From the IMG/VR virus record IMGVR_UViG_2585427735_000020: 36,110 nucleotides of DNA; one strand, given 5' to 3'. Position numbers and translations under genes: made by a program. Numbering within the stretch: the stretch's first letter is position 1; every line of letters starts with the position of its first letter. The notes under the pieces were generated by a model that searched no databases, was not told the DNA's origin, and saw only the letters and a program-made list of their open reading frames with translations. Positions 27,874 through 36,110 of this stretch are shown one piece after another. The DNA is from a virus (Duplodnaviria; Heunggongvirae; Uroviricota; Caudoviricetes).

Positions 27874-29064
27874 ATGAGTGACTATCATCACGGCGTGCAG
27901 GTGCTGGAGATTAACGACGGCACCCGCGTCATTTCCACCGTATCCACTGCCATTGTCGGCATGGTCTGCACGGCCAGCGATGCGGATGCGGGAACCTTCC
28001 CCCTCAATAAACCTGTGCTGATTACCAATGTGCAGAGCGCAATTGCAAAGGCCGGTAAAAAAGGCACGCTGGCGGCATCGTTGCAGGCCATCGCTGACCA
28101 GTCAAAACCGGTCACCGTTGTCGTGCGCGTGGAAGACGGCACCGGCGACGACGAAGAAACGAAACTCGCGCAGACTGTTTCCAATATCATCGGCACCACC
28201 GACGAAAACGGTCAGTACACCGGACTGAAAGCCCTGCTGGCGGCGGAGTCGGTAACCGGTGTTAAACCGCGTATTCTCGGTGTGCCGGGACTGGATACCA
28301 AAGAGGTGGCTGTTGCACTGGCATCCGTCTGTCAGAAGCTGCGCGCTTTCGGGTATATCAGCGCATGGGGCTGTAAAACCATTTCCGAGGTGAAAGCCTA
28401 CCGCCAGAATTTCAGCCAGCGTGAGCTGATGGTCATCTGGCCGGATTTCCTCGCATGGGATACGGTCACCAGTACCACCGCCACCGCGTATGCCACCGCC
28501 CGTGCGCTGGGGCTGCGCGCTAAAATCGACCAGGAGCAGGGCTGGCATAAAACGCTGTCCAATGTCGGGGTGAACGGTGTTACCGGCATCAGCGCCTCTG
28601 TATTCTGGGATTTGCAGGAGTCCGGCACCGATGCTGACCTGCTTAACGAGTCAGGCGTCACAACGCTGATTCGCCGTGACGGTTTCCGATTCTGGGGTAA
28701 CCGTACCTGCTCTGATGACCCGCTGTTCCTCTTTGAAAACTACACTCGCACCGCGCAGGTGCTGGCCGACACGATGGCTGAGGCGCACATGTGGGCGGTG
28801 GACAAGCCCATCACCGCAACGCTGATTCGCGACATCGTTGACGGCATCAATGCCAAATTCCGTGAGCTGAAAACAAACGGCTATATCGTGGATGCGACCT
28901 GCTGGTTCAGCGAAGAATCCAACGATGCGGAAACCCTTAAGGCCGGAAAACTGTATATCGACTACGACTATACTCCGGTGCCTCCTCTTGAAAACCTGAC
29001 CCTGCGCCAGCGTATTACCGATAAATACCTGGCAAATCTGGTCACCTCGGTTAACAGCAATTAA
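27874..29064 (+). CDS. FI: Contractile tail sheath protein gpFI, 396 aa
   Basis: 396 aa; GGAG SD; P2 order. Confidence 0.9.
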   Translation: MSDYHHGVQVLEINDGTRVISTVSTAIVGMVCTASDADAGTFPLNKPVLITNVQSAIAKAGKKGTLAASLQAIADQSKPVTVVVRVEDGTGDDEETKLAQTVSNIIGTTDENGQYTGLKALLAAESVTGVKPRILGVPGLDTKEVAVALASVCQKLRAFGYISAWGCKTISEVKAYRQNFSQRELMVIWPDFLAWDTVTSTTATAYATARALGLRAKIDQEQGWHKTLSNVGVNGVTGISASVFWDLQESGTDADLLNESGVTTLIRRDGFRFWGNRTCSDDPLFLFENYTRTAQVLADTMAEAHMWAVDKPITATLIRDIVDGINAKFRELKTNGYIVDATCWFSEESNDAETLKAGKLYIDYDYTPVPPLENLTLRQRITDKYLANLVTSVNSN

Positions 29065-29076
29065 GGAGCCTGACCG

Positions 29077-29595
29077 ATGGCAATGCCGCGCAAACTCAAG
29101 TTAATGAACGTCTTTCTGAACGGCTACAGCTATCAGGGCGTTGCAAAGTCCGTCACGCTGCCAAAACTGACCCGTAAGCTCGAAAACTATCGCGGTGCGG
29201 GGATGAACGGCAGCGCACCGGTAGACCTCGGCCTTGATGACGATGCGCTGTCAATGGAGTGGTCGCTCGGGGGCTTCCCGGATTCGGTTATCTGGGAGCT
29301 TTACGCCGCAACCGGTGTGGATGCCGTGCCGATTCGTTTTGCAGGCTCTTACCAGCGCGACGATACCGGCGAAACGGTGGCCGTCGAGGTGGTCATGCGT
29401 GGACGTCAGAAAGAAATCGACACCGGCGAGGGTAAACAGGGAGAAGACACCGAGTCGAAAATCTCCGTGGTCTGCACCTATTTCCGGCTGACGATGGACG
29501 GTAAGGAGCTGGTCGAAATCGACACCATCAACATGATTGAGAAGGTGAACGGCGTCGACCGGCTGGAGCAACACCGCTGCAATATCGGCCTGTGA
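29077..29595 (+). CDS. FII: Tail tube protein gpFII, 172 aa
   Basis: 172 aa; P2 order. Confidence 0.9.
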   Translation: MAMPRKLKLMNVFLNGYSYQGVAKSVTLPKLTRKLENYRGAGMNGSAPVDLGLDDDALSMEWSLGGFPDSVIWELYAATGVDAVPIRFAGSYQRDDTGETVAVEVVMRGRQKEIDTGEGKQGEDTESKISVVCTYFRLTMDGKELVEIDTINMIEKVNGVDRLEQHRCNIGL

Positions 29596-29651
29596 TTTTC
29601 ATACGGTCAGCCAGGCTGACCGGTTAACCCCGATTCAGAAGTGAGAAAACC

Positions 29652-29927
29652 ATGGACAAAGAAAATGTCATTACCCTGGAAAATCCGGTCAAACGTGGTG
29701 AGCAGGTTATCGAACAGGTCACGCTGATGAAACCCAGTGCCGGGACGCTGCGCGGTGTCAGTCTGGCTGCGGTCGCAAACTCCGAAGTCGATGCACTGAT
29801 TAAAGTGCTGCCGCGCATGACGGCACCGATGCTGACCGAGCAGGAAGTCGCCGCGCTGGAACTGCCTGACCTTGTGGCGCTGGCCGGTAAGGTGGTCGGT
29901 TTTTTGTCGCCGAACTCGGTGCAGTAA
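29652..29927 (+). CDS. E: Tail assembly chaperone gpE, 91 aa
   Basis: 91 aa ending just after the slippery site. Confidence 0.8.
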   Translation: MDKENVITLENPVKRGEQVIEQVTLMKPSAGTLRGVSLAAVANSEVDALIKVLPRMTAPMLTEQEVAALELPDLVALAGKVVGFLSPNSVQ

Positions 29928-30079
29928 CGTTTCCTAAAAATCTGTCGGTCGATGACCTGATGGCGGATGTGGCAGTGATATTTCACTGGCCGCCATCAGA
30001 ACTGTATCCCATGAGTCTGACCGAACTCATCACATGGCGCGAAAAGGCGCTCCGGCGAAGCGGAAACACGAATGAGTAA
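29652..30079 (+). CDS. gpE+E' frameshift fusion product (tail assembly chaperone, long form)
   Basis: -1 frame continues ...FFVAELGAVTFPKNLSVDDLMADVAVIFHWPPSELYPMSLTELITWREKALRRSGNTNE to stop 30079. Confidence 0.65.
29900..29906 (+). other. Programmed -1 ribosomal frameshift slippery heptamer TTTTTTG (E to E')
   Basis: T6G inside the E 3' end; the -1 frame stays open to stop 30077..30079 overlapping the T start, giving an E+E' fusion of about 142 aa. Confidence 0.7.
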
Positions 30080-32519
30080 CAATGTAAAATTACAGGTATT
30101 GCTCAGGGCTGTTGACCAGGCATCCCGCCCGTTTAAATCCATCCGCACAGCGAGCAAATCGCTGTCGGGGGATATCCGGGAAACACAAAAATCACTGCGC
30201 GAGCTGAACGGTCAGGCATCCCGTATTGAGGGATTCCGCAAGACCAGTGCACAGCTCGCCGTGACTGGTCATGCACTTGAAAAGGCACGGCAGGAGGCCG
30301 AAGCCCTTGCCACACAGTTTAAAAACACCGAGCGTCCGACCCGTGCTCAGGCGAAAGTGCTGGAATCCGCAAAGCGAGCAGCGGAGGACTTACAGGCGAA
30401 ATATAACCGCCTGACGGATTCCGTTAAACGCCAGCAGCGGGAACTGGCTGCTGTGGGAATTAATACCCGCAATCTTGCACATGATGAGCAGGGGCTGAAA
30501 AACCGTATCAGTGAAACCACCGCGCAGCTTAACCGGCAGCGTGACGCGCTGGCGCGTGTCAGTGCGCAACAGGCAAAACTTAACGCAGTAAAACAGCGTT
30601 ATCAGGCCGGAAAGGAACTGGCCGGAAATATGGCCTCAGTGGGCGCTGCCGGTGTGGGGATTGCGGCGGCGGGAACGATGGCCGGTGTTAAGCTACTGAT
30701 GCCCGGTTATGAGTTTGCGCAGAAAAACTCAGAATTGCAGGCCGTGCTCGGTGTGGCAAAAGACTCCGCCGAAATGGCTGCACTACGCAAGCAGGCGCGC
30801 CAGCTCGGCGACAACACCGCCGCTTCGGCGGATGATGCTGCCGGTGCACAGATTATTATCGCGAAAGCCGGTGGGGATGTTGATGCCATTCAGGCGGCAA
30901 CGCCGGTCACGCTGAACATGGCGCTGGCGAACCGCCGCACGATGGAAGAAAACGCCGCCCTGCTGATGGGGATGAAATCCGCCTTTCAGCTTTCAAACGA
31001 TAAGGTCGCTCATATCGGGGATGTTCTCTCCATGACGATGAACAAAACCGCCGCCGATTTTGACGGTATGAGCGATGCGCTGACCTATGCCGCACCAGTG
31101 GCAAAAAATGCCGGTGTCAGCATTGAAGAAACCGCCGCAATGGTCGGGGCGCTGCATGATGCAAAAATTACCGGTTCAATGGCGGGGACGGGAAGCCGTG
31201 CCGTGTTAAGTCGCCTGCAGGCACCAACGGGAAAAGCATGGGATGCACTCAAAGAACTTGGCGTGAAAACCTCAGACAGCAAGGGAAACACCCGACCAGT
31301 ATTTACCATTCTGAAAGAAATGCAGGCCAGTTTTGAGAAAAACCGGCTCGGTACTGCCCAGCAGGCTGAATACATGAAAACTATTTTCGGGGAGGAGGCC
31401 AGCTCAGCCGCCGCCGTGCTGATGACTGCCGCCTCAACCGGAAAGCTGGACAAACTGACCGCTGCGTTTAAAGCCTCAGACGGGAAGACCTCAGAGCTGG
31501 TAAATATCATGCAGGACAACCTCGGCGGTGACTTTAAGGAGTTTCAGTCCGCTTATGAGGCGGTGGGGACTGACCTGTTTGACCAGCAGGAAGGCGCACT
31601 GCGTAAGCTCACACAGACGGCCACAAAGTATGTGTTAAAACTCGACGGCTGGATACAGAAAAACAAATCACTGGCGTCAACCATTGGCCTCATTGCCGGT
31701 GGCGCGCTGGCGCTTACTGGCATCATCGGTGCCATTGGTCTTGTAGCCTGGCCGGTTATCACCGGCATCAATGCCATCATCGCGGCAGCAGGCGCAATGG
31801 GGGCAATCTTCACGACGGTTGGCAGTGCCGTTATGACGGCCATCGGGGCGATTAGCTGGCCGGTTGTGGCCGTGGTGGCCGCTATTGTCGCCGGGGCGTT
31901 ACTTATCCGTAAATACTGGGAGCCTGTCAGCGCATTCTTTGGCGGTGTGGTTGAAGGGCTGAAAGCGGCATTTGCGCCGGTGGGGGAACTGTTCACGCCA
32001 CTTAAGCCGCTGTTTGACTGGCTGGGTGAAAAGTTACAGGCCGCGTGGCAGTGGTTTAAAAACCTGATTGCCCCGGTTAAAGCCACCCAGGACACACTGA
32101 ACCGTTGCCGTGACACGGGCGTCATGTTCGGGCAGGCACTGGCTGACGCGCTGATGCTGCCGCTTAATGCGTTCAACAAACTGCGCAGCGGTATTGACTG
32201 GGTACTGGAAAAACTCGGTGTTATCAACAAAGAGTCAGACACACTTGACCAGACCGCCGCAAGGACTCATGCCGCCACGTATGGCACCGGTGGTTATATT
32301 CCGGCGACCAGCTCTTATGCAGGCTATCAGGCTTATCAGCCGGTCACGGCACCGGCTGGCCGCTCTTATGTGGACCAGAGTAAAAACGAATATCACATCA
32401 GCCTGACGGGTGGTACTGCGCCGGGGACACAGCTTGACCGCCAGTTACAGGATGCGCTCGAAAAATACGAGCGGGATAAACGTGCGCGCGCCCGTGCCAG
32501 CATGATGCATGACGGTTAA
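30072..32519 (+). CDS. T: Tail tape measure protein gpT, 815 aa
   Basis: 815 aa, coiled-coil N-terminus, Gly/Ala-rich hydrophobic middle; P2 order. Confidence 0.9.
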   Translation: MSNNVKLQVLLRAVDQASRPFKSIRTASKSLSGDIRETQKSLRELNGQASRIEGFRKTSAQLAVTGHALEKARQEAEALATQFKNTERPTRAQAKVLESAKRAAEDLQAKYNRLTDSVKRQQRELAAVGINTRNLAHDEQGLKNRISETTAQLNRQRDALARVSAQQAKLNAVKQRYQAGKELAGNMASVGAAGVGIAAAGTMAGVKLLMPGYEFAQKNSELQAVLGVAKDSAEMAALRKQARQLGDNTAASADDAAGAQIIIAKAGGDVDAIQAATPVTLNMALANRRTMEENAALLMGMKSAFQLSNDKVAHIGDVLSMTMNKTAADFDGMSDALTYAAPVAKNAGVSIEETAAMVGALHDAKITGSMAGTGSRAVLSRLQAPTGKAWDALKELGVKTSDSKGNTRPVFTILKEMQASFEKNRLGTAQQAEYMKTIFGEEASSAAAVLMTAASTGKLDKLTAAFKASDGKTSELVNIMQDNLGGDFKEFQSAYEAVGTDLFDQQEGALRKLTQTATKYVLKLDGWIQKNKSLASTIGLIAGGALALTGIIGAIGLVAWPVITGINAIIAAAGAMGAIFTTVGSAVMTAIGAISWPVVAVVAAIVAGALLIRKYWEPVSAFFGGVVEGLKAAFAPVGELFTPLKPLFDWLGEKLQAAWQWFKNLIAPVKATQDTLNRCRDTGVMFGQALADALMLPLNAFNKLRSGIDWVLEKLGVINKESDTLDQTAARTHAATYGTGGYIPATSSYAGYQAYQPVTAPAGRSYVDQSKNEYHISLTGGTAPGTQLDRQLQDALEKYERDKRARARASMMHDG

Positions 32520-32533
32520 GGAGGTGACGAAAA

Positions 32534-33013
32534 ATGATGCTCGCGTTAGGTATGTTTGTTTTTATGCGCCAGACGCTGCCACACCAGACCATGCAGCGTG
32601 AATCGGATTATCGCTGGCCGTCAAATTCCCGTATCGGTAAACGGGATGCCTTTCAGTTTCTCGGTGTGGGTGAGGAAAACATCACGCTGGCCGGTGTGCT
32701 TTATCCCGAACTGACCGGCGGAAAGCTGACGATGACCACGCTCAGACTGATGGCAGAGGAAGGCCGGGCGTGGCCGTTGCTGGATGGCACCGGCATGATT
32801 TACGGCATGTATGTCATCAGCAGGGTGAGTGAAACAGGGAGTATTTTCTTTGCAGACGGCACACCCCGGAAAATTGATTTTACGCTGTCGCTCACCCGCG
32901 TTGATGAATCACTGGCCGCGCTTTATGGCGATATCGGTAAACAGGCGGAATCGCTCATCGGTAAGGCTGGCAGTATGGAGACCAGATTCACGGGTATGAC
33001 GGGGGCGGGATAA
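32534..33013 (+). CDS. U: Tail protein gpU, 159 aa
   Basis: 159 aa; P2 order. Confidence 0.85.
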   Translation: MMLALGMFVFMRQTLPHQTMQRESDYRWPSNSRIGKRDAFQFLGVGEENITLAGVLYPELTGGKLTMTTLRLMAEEGRAWPLLDGTGMIYGMYVISRVSETGSIFFADGTPRKIDFTLSLTRVDESLAALYGDIGKQAESLIGKAGSMETRFTGMTGAG

Positions 33014-34176
33014 TGCTGGATACGCTGACATTTGATGCAGGCAGTACGCTGACGCCGGATTACATGCTGATGCTCGACAGCAGGGATATTACCGGCAATA
33101 TCAGCGACCGTCTGATGAGCATGACCCTGACGGATAACCGGGGCTTTGAGGCTGACCAGCTTGATATTGAACTGAACGATGCCGACGGGCAGGTCGGGCT
33201 GCCGGTTCGTGGCGCTGTCCTGACGGTGTATATCGGCTGGAAAGGGTTTGCCCTGGTATGCAAAGGGAAATTTACCGTTGATGAGGTTGAACACCGGGGC
33301 GCACCGGATGTGGTCACCATCCGTGCCCGGAGTGCAGATTTTCGCGGGACGCTCAATTCCCGCCGGGAAGGCTCATGGCATGACACCACGCTCGGTGCGA
33401 TTGTTGAGGCGATAGCCTCCCGTAACAGGCTGGAAGCCAGTGTCGCTCCGTCACTGGCCGGAATTAAAATCCCGCACATCGACCAGTCGCAGGAGTCTGA
33501 TGCGAAATTTCTGACCCGTCTTGCAGAACGCAACGGCGGTGAGGTGTCGGTAAAAATGGGAAAACTGCTGTTTCTCAAAGCGGGGCTGGGGGTGACGGCC
33601 AGCGGTAAAAAAATCCCGCAGATTACCATAACCCGCAGCGACGGCGACCGTCATCATTTTGCGATTGCTGACCGTGGAGCCTATACCGGCGTAACGGCAA
33701 AGTGGTTACACACCAAAGACCCGAAGCCACAAAAGCAGAAGGTAAAACTGAAACGCAAAAAGAAAGAGAAACACCTGCGCGCACTGGAGCACCCGAAAGC
33801 GAAACCAGTCACGCAGAAGAAAGCGCCAAAAGTACCGGAAGCGCGCGAAGGTGAATACATGGCTGGTGAGGCTGACAACGTTTTTGCCCTGACCACGGTA
33901 TATGCCACGAAAGCGCAGGCCATGCGCGCCGCTCAGGCGAAGTGGGATAAGCTGCAACGGGGCGTTGCGGAGTTCTCCATCAGTCTGGCTACTGGTCGGG
34001 CAGATATTTACACGGAAACGCCGGTCAAAGTGTCAGGCTTTAAGCGCGTCATAGACGAGCAGGACTGGACAATCACTAAGGTGACACATTTTCTGAATAA
34101 TAGCGGCTTCACGACGTCCTTGGAGCTTGAGGTCAGGCTTTCTGATGTGGAGTACGAAACAGAAGATGATGAGTGA
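33013..34176 (+). CDS. D: Tail protein gpD, 387 aa
   Basis: 387 aa; lysine-rich internal linker; P2 order. Confidence 0.85.
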   Translation: MLDTLTFDAGSTLTPDYMLMLDSRDITGNISDRLMSMTLTDNRGFEADQLDIELNDADGQVGLPVRGAVLTVYIGWKGFALVCKGKFTVDEVEHRGAPDVVTIRARSADFRGTLNSRREGSWHDTTLGAIVEAIASRNRLEASVAPSLAGIKIPHIDQSQESDAKFLTRLAERNGGEVSVKMGKLLFLKAGLGVTASGKKIPQITITRSDGDRHHFAIADRGAYTGVTAKWLHTKDPKPQKQKVKLKRKKKEKHLRALEHPKAKPVTQKKAPKVPEAREGEYMAGEADNVFALTTVYATKAQAMRAAQAKWDKLQRGVAEFSISLATGRADIYTETPVKVSGFKRVIDEQDWTITKVTHFLNNSGFTTSLELEVRLSDVEYETEDDE

Positions 34177-34257
34177 TGTTTTTGTTTTATCTGTTTGTTT
34201 TATAAGGATAAATTAACTAAAATGGCACCATCAACAAAACCGGAAGAGGTGCTCGCG

Positions 34258-34476
34258 ATGTTTCATTGTCCTTTATGCCAGCATGCCGCACATGCGCGTA
34301 CAAGTCGCTATATCACTGACACGACAAAAGAGCGTTATCACCAGTGCCAGAACGTGAATTGCAGCGCCACGTTCATCACTTATGAGTCGGTACAGCGATA
34401 CATCGTGAAGCCGGGAGAAGTCCACGCCGTGAGGCCGCACCCCTTGCCGTCAGGGCAGCAAATTATGTGGATGTAA
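34258..34476 (+). CDS. ogr: Late gene transcriptional activator Ogr (zinc-finger), 72 aa
   Basis: ATG 34258 with GGAAGAGGTG SD; MFHCPLCQHAAHARTSRYITDTTKERYHQCQNVNCSATF with CxxC...CxxxxC. Confidence 0.85.
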   Translation: MFHCPLCQHAAHARTSRYITDTTKERYHQCQNVNCSATFITYESVQRYIVKPGEVHAVRPHPLPSGQQIMWM

Positions 34477-34489
34477 TTACAAACAGAAA

Positions 34490-34513
34490 GCCCCTCAGTC
34501 GAGGGGCTTTTTT
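34490..34513 (+). terminator. Rho-independent terminator after ogr
   Basis: GCCCCTC-AGTC-GAGGGGC hairpin followed by TTTTTT. Confidence 0.65.
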
Positions 34514-34576
34514 GTCGATGTGGTCAATGTGTGGACGTGACCAGAAATAAATCCTTTTATTTCAATTTGTTGTACG

Positions 34577-34604
34577 TAAAAAATAAGCCCGTGTAAGGGA
34601 GATT
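34577..34604. repeat. attR core, 28-bp direct repeat identical to attL
   Basis: Exact copy of 476..503; forms the 3' terminator end of the cyaR sRNA. Confidence 0.85.
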
Positions 34605-34664
34605 ACACAGGCTAAGGAGGTGGTTCCTGGTACAGCTAGCATTTTATGGGTTATGTTTTTCAGC
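34578..34664 (-). ncRNA. cyaR: CyaR (RyeE) Hfq-dependent small RNA
   Basis: Minus-strand sequence GCTGAAAAACATAACCCATAAAATGCTAGCTGTACCAGGAACCACCTCCTTAGCCTGTGTAATCTCCCTTACACGGGCTTATTTTTT matches CyaR as I recall it; 3' end overlaps the att core. Confidence 0.6.
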
Positions 34665-34748
34665 GAAACGGATGATAACCTTAATAAATGCAGCTGTATG
34701 TGATCGGTTTCTAAGAATTTTCCATCCGGGAAAAATAATCGAAATTAA

Positions 34749-36110
34749 TCACTTACCGTGGGGATTACGCGTGGTTTCCCCGGAGAAATTACGCATCAGC
34801 AGCGCGTAATTGAGCTCAAGATCCTGCGGGACCGGGAGCCACACAGTATAACCATCGCCTGGTGCTATCGGCATAGCTTCGCCTTTGGCGTTTTCCATGT
34901 GCTCAAGGGTAAAATTAATGTTGCCTTGCGGCGTCATCAGCTCAAGGCTGTCGCCAACGGAGAATTTATTTTTCACCGCTACCGCCGCGAGGTCCCCCTT
35001 GCGCTCACCGGTAAACTCACCAACAAACTGCTGGCGGTCAGAAACTGAATAACCGTATTCGTAGTTCTGATAATCGTCGTGAGTATGACGACGCAGGAAA
35101 CCTTCGGTATAGCCACGATGCGCCAGACCTTCCAGAGTTTCCAGCAGGCTGGTATCGAACGGTTTTCCCGCAGCGGCGTCATCGATAGCTTTGCGGTAAA
35201 CCTGTGCGGTGCGTGCACAATAGTAGAAAGATTTGGTACGACCTTCGATTTTCAGCGAATGCACGCCCATTTTGGTCAGGCGTTCTACATGGGCGATGGC
35301 GCGCAGATCTTTCGAGTTCATGATGTAAGTGCCGTGCTCATCTTCAAACGCGGTCATATACTCGCCCGGACGCTGGGCCTCTTCGATCATAAACACTTTG
35401 TCGGTTGGTGCGCCGATACCCAGCGTCGGCTCAACATTTTGCACCGGAATCGGCTCGTACTTGTGTACGATGTTGCCAACATCATCTTCTTTCCCTTCCT
35501 GGACGTTGTACTCCCAGCGGCAGGCGTTGGTGCAGGTGCCCTGGTTCGGGTCGCGCTTGTTGATATAGCCAGAGAGCAGGCAGCGACCGGAGTAGGCCAT
35601 GCACAGCGCGCCGTGAACGAAGATCTCGATCTCCATATCCGGCACCTGATTGCGGATCTCTTCAATCTCTTCCAGCGACAGCTCGCGAGAGAGGATCACG
35701 CGGGTCAGGCCCATTTGCTGCCAGAATTTCACCGTCGCCCAGTTCACGGCGTTAGCCTGCACCGAAAGGTGGATCGGCATTTCAGGGAAGTGCTCACGCA
35801 CCAGCATAATCAGCCCTGGATCGGACATAATCAGCGCATCCGGCCCCATTTCCACCACCGGTTTCAGGTCACGGATAAAGGTTTTCAGCTTGGCGTTGTG
35901 CGGTGCAATGTTGACCACGACATAAAACTTTTTCCCCAGCGCGTGGGCTTCATTGATGCCGAGCTGAAGATTTTCGTGGTTGAATTCGTTGTTGCGCACA
36001 CGCAGGGAATAACGCGGCTGGCCCGCATAAACAGCATCTGCGCCATAAGCGAAAGCGTAACGCATATTTTTCAGCGTTCCCGCCGGGGAAAGGAGTTCCG
36101 GTTTAAACAT
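34749..36110 (-). CDS. yegQ: Peptidase U32-family protein YegQ (TrhP-like), 453 aa
   Basis: Full-length 453-aa ORF starting MFKPELLSPAGTLKNMRYAFAYGADAVYAGQPRYSLRV; host gene flanking attR; starts exactly at the window end. Confidence 0.85.
   Translation of the reverse strand: MFKPELLSPAGTLKNMRYAFAYGADAVYAGQPRYSLRVRNNEFNHENLQLGINEAHALGKKFYVVVNIAPHNAKLKTFIRDLKPVVEMGPDALIMSDPGLIMLVREHFPEMPIHLSVQANAVNWATVKFWQQMGLTRVILSRELSLEEIEEIRNQVPDMEIEIFVHGALCMAYSGRCLLSGYINKRDPNQGTCTNACRWEYNVQEGKEDDVGNIVHKYEPIPVQNVEPTLGIGAPTDKVFMIEEAQRPGEYMTAFEDEHGTYIMNSKDLRAIAHVERLTKMGVHSLKIEGRTKSFYYCARTAQVYRKAIDDAAAGKPFDTSLLETLEGLAHRGYTEGFLRRHTHDDYQNYEYGYSVSDRQQFVGEFTGERKGDLAAVAVKNKFSVGDSLELMTPQGNINFTLEHMENAKGEAMPIAPGDGYTVWLPVPQDLELNYALLMRNFSGETTRNPHGK

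Larger units (their letters stand above)
476..34604. mobile_element. Complete P2-like (Peduovirus-type) prophage integrated at the cyaR 3' end
   Basis: Bounded by identical 28-bp direct repeats; P2 gene order and protein lengths conserved throughout (int, C, cox, B, A, cos, Q, P, O, N, M, L, X, Y, K, lysAB, R, S, V, W, J, I, H, G, FI, FII, E, T, U, D, ogr). Confidence 0.9.

Noticed and set aside
34665-34748. Possible CRP site (TGTGA half-site near 34703) in the cyaR promoter region
   Set aside because: Only a half-site could be seen by eye, with no convincing TCACA partner at the right spacing; not reported as a feature.

Overview
This window is an Escherichia-type chromosomal locus (yegR ... 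cyaR-yegQ) interrupted by a complete P2-like prophage of about 34.1 kb, bounded by an exact 28-bp direct repeat (attL 476..503, attR 34577..34604). The prophage runs int - C - cox - B - orf80-83 - A - [cargo 1] - cos - Q P | O N M L X Y K lysA lysB(lysC) R S V W J I H G - [cargo 2] - FI FII E/E' T U D ogr. The two positions where reference P2 carries tin/old and Z/fun are instead occupied by AT-rich foreign cargo. Cargo 1 is one 1011-aa protein with an N-terminal SIR2 (sirtuin-like) domain followed by a STAND-like NTPase core with a degenerate P-loop and a helical repeat region. Cargo 2 holds two separated genes: a protein with an Mrr-type PD-(D/E)xK nuclease N-terminus, and a protein with an HEPN-like Rx4H motif plus a C-terminal cluster of zinc-ribbon cysteine pairs. 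I regard cargo 2 as the best candidate for an undescribed anti-phage system and cargo 1 as a divergent SIR2-STAND/Avs5-like or DSR-like effector. Two backbone genes, cox and baseplate gene I, each carry an apparent 1-nt frameshift, which may mean a defective prophage or sequencing errors. All family assignments rest on motif reading and recalled P2 gene order and protein lengths; no database search or computation was possible.
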